This document shows, piece by piece, positions 60,327 to 63,741 of a DNA stretch of 63,741 nt. The notes below the pieces were generated by a model. It had not been told where the DNA came from and made no database searches. It saw only the letters and a list, made by a program, of their open reading frames with translations. Within the stretch, counting starts at the first letter, position 1. Each line of letters starts with the position of its first letter. Origin of the DNA: Spirochaetales bacterium (GTDB taxonomy: Bacteria; Spirochaetota; Spirochaetia; JAIPGG01); assembly GCA_021736255.1 (NCBI GenBank), contig JAIPGG010000005.1, forward strand, positions 1-63,741, given 5' to 3'. The translations under genes were made by a program, and so were the position numbers.

Positions 60327-61181
60327 TTACCGGGAAGAGATCGACAGCCCCCTGATCCTTGCTGAGTAGTTCGTCTCGCCGTTTCCGGTCTTGTATCTGA
60401 ACTCGAAACGGGTAAAGGCGCTGTGTCGCTCGTCTTCGATCGTGAGTACCTGCTCCCAGGAGTCCTGCTCCCCGGAGTTTTGCAGGTATACGCGGATATT
60501 ACCGTCACCACCGGATTCTCCAAGCGGAGAGAGCTCGAGGCGAAAGCTGATCCACTCCGCATCGGTTCCCGTTGCTGTCTGTATCCCGGACCGGGCGTTT
60601 TCCAGGTCGGCACCGTTGCCGGCTTTGAGTTCGAAGTCGGAGGTTGTATTGACCTGGTCCGAGTGGTTGGGCCGGTACATGAGTTCGTAGGCCGCCTCAT
60701 CTCCGTCGTAGAGCTGCAGATATATCTTGTTGTTTTCCTGGTAGTTCTGGTCCGAGGTCCCGGCGGCCTTTTCCGAGGGAAAGATCACCTGCCACTCAGC
60801 TGCTATGGTGGCCCCCTTGCTCCGGTCGAAGCGGATAATCTCCGGACTCATGAAGGTCGACAGATCGCTCCATCCGCCGCTGCCGGTGGTAACGATCTCT
60901 CCCTGCTCGTTGACTTCCACCGCGTTCACGCCGGTGAACCCGTAATCCGAAAGATCGTCACTCGAGCCGTCGGGGGTATAATTGTGGTCTTCGTTTACCG
61001 GCAGGGTGCGCTCTCCGTCTTCCTGCAGTGTGGAATCGCCGCCGAGGGGATTGGAGCATCCGGTAATACCAAAGGCCAGGACAAGTGCTGATGCTGCGAT
61101 AACGAGGTGAAGACGGGATCGTGTGCGGATTTCCGGTGTTGCGGGTTGAGATTGTCTGTTCTTTGTTCTTTCTTCCATCAT
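60327..61181 (-). CDS. Hypothetical lipoprotein, beta-sandwich (ConA/LamG-like, inferred)
   Basis: ITGC lipobox; beta-strand-rich mature domain. Confidence 0.7.
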   Translation of the reverse strand: MMEERTKNRQSQPATPEIRTRSRLHLVIAASALVLAFGITGCSNPLGGDSTLQEDGERTLPVNEDHNYTPDGSSDDLSDYGFTGVNAVEVNEQGEIVTTGSGGWSDLSTFMSPEIIRFDRSKGATIAAEWQVIFPSEKAAGTSDQNYQENNKIYLQLYDGDEAAYELMYRPNHSDQVNTTSDFELKAGNGADLENARSGIQTATGTDAEWISFRLELSPLGESGGDGNIRVYLQNSGEQDSWEQVLTIEDERHSAFTRFEFRYKTGNGETNYSARIRGLSISSR

Positions 61182-61539
61182 CGTCACCCCCTTTTGGGTA
61201 CGTTCTGTATAAACCTAAGCAAAAACCGTGCCATGCCTTCATGGTTTTGGGGATGGTGGTGAGTGAAATAAATATCTGTATTACAGGGAATTACGAAGGA
61301 AAAAAGATGTTGCCGGGCCGGAAAGAAAAGCGGGTGATGGTTCCGGCCTTATGCAAAATGCATGGAGGCCCCGGCCATTCCCCGGAAAAATGCAGGTAAC
61401 TTGCGATTATACGGAAAGTTATCAGGATCTGTACCGAATTCATAGGTATGCAGGATGCATGAGGGTTTTCGGTGTCGGCTGCAGGGCTGCGAAAGGAGTC
61501 CCAATCATCGGGCCGGAGAATGACATTTGCCGGTCAGGC

Positions 61540-62466
61540 TCAAATATCCCGTATCATAAGGGGCGGTTTCGCCAGCTCCACCAGAAACCACGCAGCCATT
61601 CCCGCCATCGGATGAGACCTTCCGGCGCTTCGGGAGACGGCAATCCGCGCCAGAGTGAGCTTTTCCGCCGCCATCGACCGGGTTCCGGCCCGTCCTCCCG
61701 CCTGGTACTGAAAGAAATCCCGCTGACCATCCAAAAAAAGTCTGCGCCCATAGCCGTAGTTGCGAACCTGCTGCGAGGTCCGGAGGCTTTGAAATTCCAT
61801 CCCGGTAAAGGCCTGGAAAACGCCTCCAAAGACATTCGAGTACAGCTCCGCCCAGTAGAGCACCGTAGCCGTTACCCGCTCGGCCCGCCGACGCACCGTT
61901 GCCGAAGTATACAAACGCCGGTTATACAAACCCATCAAAAAGTATTGGCGCAGTGCCACGTAGAGACATGCCCGCGGTTCACGAAGCCTCGGGAAACCCG
62001 CCTCGGCGATCAACGCAAAGGGATCCACCTGCAATGCGGCAGCTCCCGCACCCCCGGCAGCTCCCGCACCCCCGGCAGCCTCCGCACCCCCGGCAGCTCC
62101 CGCACCCCCGGCAGCTCCCGCACCCCCGGCAGCCTCCGCACCCCCGGCAGCCTCCGCACCCCCGGTCTGCGTCCGTCCGCCGGGCGGAGACTGTTCGGCC
62201 GGCCGGCTTTCCGTCTGAGAACCGGCCGGTCTGCCGCCGGGCGAAGCCTCCGCCTCTTCTCCTGCCCGCTGGGCCAGCGCCGATTGGGCAGACTCGTAAA
62301 ATTGACTCAGCCGTACAAACGCACTCCCGTCTCCTCCACTCAGGTCCGGGTGAGTCCGCTTGGACAGATAGCGATACACCTTTCGCAGGTCGTCTTCCGA
62401 GTATTCTCCGGATTCGAGGATCTTGTTCAACAGCCCTTGGAAGTCGTGCTCGGCCTCTCTCCCCAT
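61540..62466 (-). CDS. J-domain (DnaJ-like) protein with Gly/Ala repeat linker and unknown helical C-terminal domain
   Basis: [20 protein letters not shown]...AFVRLSQFY (HPD motif); SD AGGAGG; TG-TATAAT upstream. Confidence 0.75.
   Translation of the reverse strand: MGREAEHDFQGLLNKILESGEYSEDDLRKVYRYLSKRTHPDLSGGDGSAFVRLSQFYESAQSALAQRAGEEAEASPGGRPAGSQTESRPAEQSPPGGRTQTGGAEAAGGAEAAGGAGAAGGAGAAGGAEAAGGAGAAGGAGAAALQVDPFALIAEAGFPRLREPRACLYVALRQYFLMGLYNRRLYTSATVRRRAERVTATVLYWAELYSNVFGGVFQAFTGMEFQSLRTSQQVRNYGYGRRLFLDGQRDFFQYQAGGRAGTRSMAAEKLTLARIAVSRSAGRSHPMAGMAAWFLVELAKPPLMIRDI
62038..62163. repeat. 7 x 18-bp in-frame tandem repeat (VNTR)
   Basis: Units GGCAGCTCCCGCACCCCC (1,2,4,5) and GGCAGCCTCCGCACCCCC (3,6,7); encode [12 protein letters not shown] on the minus strand. 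Confidence 0.97.
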
Positions 62467-62612
62467 GCAGCGGAGCCTCCTTTCGCAATTATACACCCTT
62501 CCGCCGTTTTTCGGTATGGATCCTGTGGCGGCCGTTTTCAGGAGCCTGACTGCTCTTCAAGGAATCCGGAGACATATTGATAAAACGGTACTATCCGTAG
62601 ATACTGAAAGAA

Positions 62613-63741
62613 ATGGCAGAGAAGCCGAAGGCTACTAAAAAAAAGAGCGGTTCCGGCAAGGGCTCTGGAAAACTCAAGATAAGCAACAATTGGAATGCCA
62701 TCAGCATCATTGCCCTCTCCCAGAACAATCCCCTCAAAGCACTCGCCGAGTTCGTGGAAAACAGCATCGACGCCAACGCCACCGAAATAACCCTCGTCCG
62801 GGGGAAGGATCGGGGGCAGTATTACCTCAAGATCATAGACAACGGGGACGGGATCGACGACTTTACCTATGTGGCTACCCACATTGCCGATTCGGTCAAG
62901 GCCAAGCTAAAAAAAGAGGGGGCCGAAGGCATTCAGGGGGAGTTCGGAATCGGCCTGTTGAGCTTCTGGACCGTCGGCGAGGAGCTTACCATTACCTCAA
63001 CCGGCTCGGAGGGAGTAACCCGCCGGATGCATCTGGTACGGAACAATCCCGGCTATTCGCTGCAGCAGGTGAACAAGCTCATCGGCGACCGGGGTACCAC
63101 ACTCCTCATCCGGCCGATTCTTGCCGGCGTTCGCCGGCTCACCGGAGAGAAAATACAGCACTACCTCGCATCGGAACTGCGGGAGCGGATAAACCGCCGG
63201 GGCGTGCTCATCAAGATAAACGACCGCAGATCGAGGAAAGAGCTGGTGGTCGAGCCGCACAAGTTCAGCGGCCGGCTCCTTCACCACCTGCCGAGTGTTG
63301 CCGGCCCCTTCGGAGAGGTCTACCACGAGATCTATCTCAACACCCCATCCCACGAAAACCGGGTAGGCCTCTACCGGAACGGTACCCGGGTCCTGCCCTC
63401 TCTCAGCTCAATAGACCACTTCAATCAAGAACCCTGGAACTCCGGATACTTGACCGGCATCGTGGACGTCCCCTTTCTCCAGCTCACCCCTGGAACCAGA
63501 GACGGGATCGTCTACGACGATGCCTTCGAGAGTTTCGCCGTATCGATGGACCCGCTCGGCCAGGCCCTTCAGCAGATCATCGAGGAACAAAAACGGGCGG
63601 AAGAAGAAACGGCGAGCAGAAAAATCCTCCACCGGATATCCAAGGCCATCAAGGAGGCCCTCTCGTTCCTGCCCGAGGAAGAGTACGGTTGGCTCTCGAT
63701 CGGAGTCGGTGGCGGGAGCCGCGGCTCGGACAAAGAAAATA
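62613..63741 (+). CDS. GHKL-family ATPase (HATPase_c, MORC/Hsp90-like), partial at the right edge
   Basis: Absent from the supplied ORF track, translated by hand: MAEKPKATKKK...LAEFVENSIDANA, IDNGDG, GEFGIG, GTT; frame open to the window end. Confidence 0.85.
   Translation, partial: MAEKPKATKKKSGSGKGSGKLKISNNWNAISIIALSQNNPLKALAEFVENSIDANATEITLVRGKDRGQYYLKIIDNGDGIDDFTYVATHIADSVKAKLKKEGAEGIQGEFGIGLLSFWTVGEELTITSTGSEGVTRRMHLVRNNPGYSLQQVNKLIGDRGTTLLIRPILAGVRRLTGEKIQHYLASELRERINRRGVLIKINDRRSRKELVVEPHKFSGRLLHHLPSVAGPFGEVYHEIYLNTPSHENRVGLYRNGTRVLPSLSSIDHFNQEPWNSGYLTGIVDVPFLQLTPGTRDGIVYDDAFESFAVSMDPLGQALQQIIEEQKRAEEETASRKILHRISKAIKEALSFLPEEEYGWLSIGVGGGSRGSDKEN

Noticed and set aside
61200-61260. c-di-GMP-I riboswitch-like AAACCATG...CATGG stem on the minus strand
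   Set aside because: Lacks the GNRA loop, the GCAAA motif and the second stem; resemblance is superficial
62038-62163. Possible CRISPR array
   Set aside because: Units are contiguous 18-mers with no spacers, in frame within a CDS, and no cas genes are present
500-62580. Long opposite-strand ORFs in the track (e.g. 14818-16278, 25108-26358, 47273-49048, 52675-54288, 56680-58389, 61351-62580)
   Set aside because: They lie antisense to well-supported genes, have no motifs or SD, and are expected shadows of GC-biased codon usage

Overview
A 63.7 kb chromosomal window from a moderately GC-rich bacterium, most likely a free-living spirochaete (Spirochaetales-type). This is inferred from the mitochondrial-like EF-G1 outside the str operon, the carD-ispD-ispF cluster, FecR/PEGA lipoproteins and 7TM-DISM cyclases. 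About 52 CDS were identified, with no rRNA, tRNA, CRISPR array, transposase or integrase. Housekeeping content: thrH, fusA, nth, ispD/F, carD, leuS, htpG, aroA, a DAHP synthase-prephenate dehydratase fusion, livKHMGF and a TrpX-type ABC transporter. The most unusual items are: (1) a tandemly duplicated two-gene cassette encoding a lipoprotein (PEGA + TolB-N/CsgG-like + C-terminal beta-barrel-like region) and a secreted barrel-like partner; (2) a signalling locus with two class III cyclases, one containing a histidine-kinase module whose catalytic motifs are all lost (His to Glu) and one lacking the purine-specifying Lys, flanking two unknown envelope proteins; (3) a J-domain protein with a 7x18-bp VNTR, divergent from a MORC/Hsp90-like GHKL ATPase; (4) a 737-aa unknown protein with GT-A-like motifs; (5) recurrent in-frame low-complexity insertions and stop-codon-anchored tandem duplications; (6) many sigma70 promoters placed 6-9 nt before ATG, suggesting leaderless mRNAs; (7) a csaA remnant. 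All family assignments come from motif recognition by eye; no database search was run.
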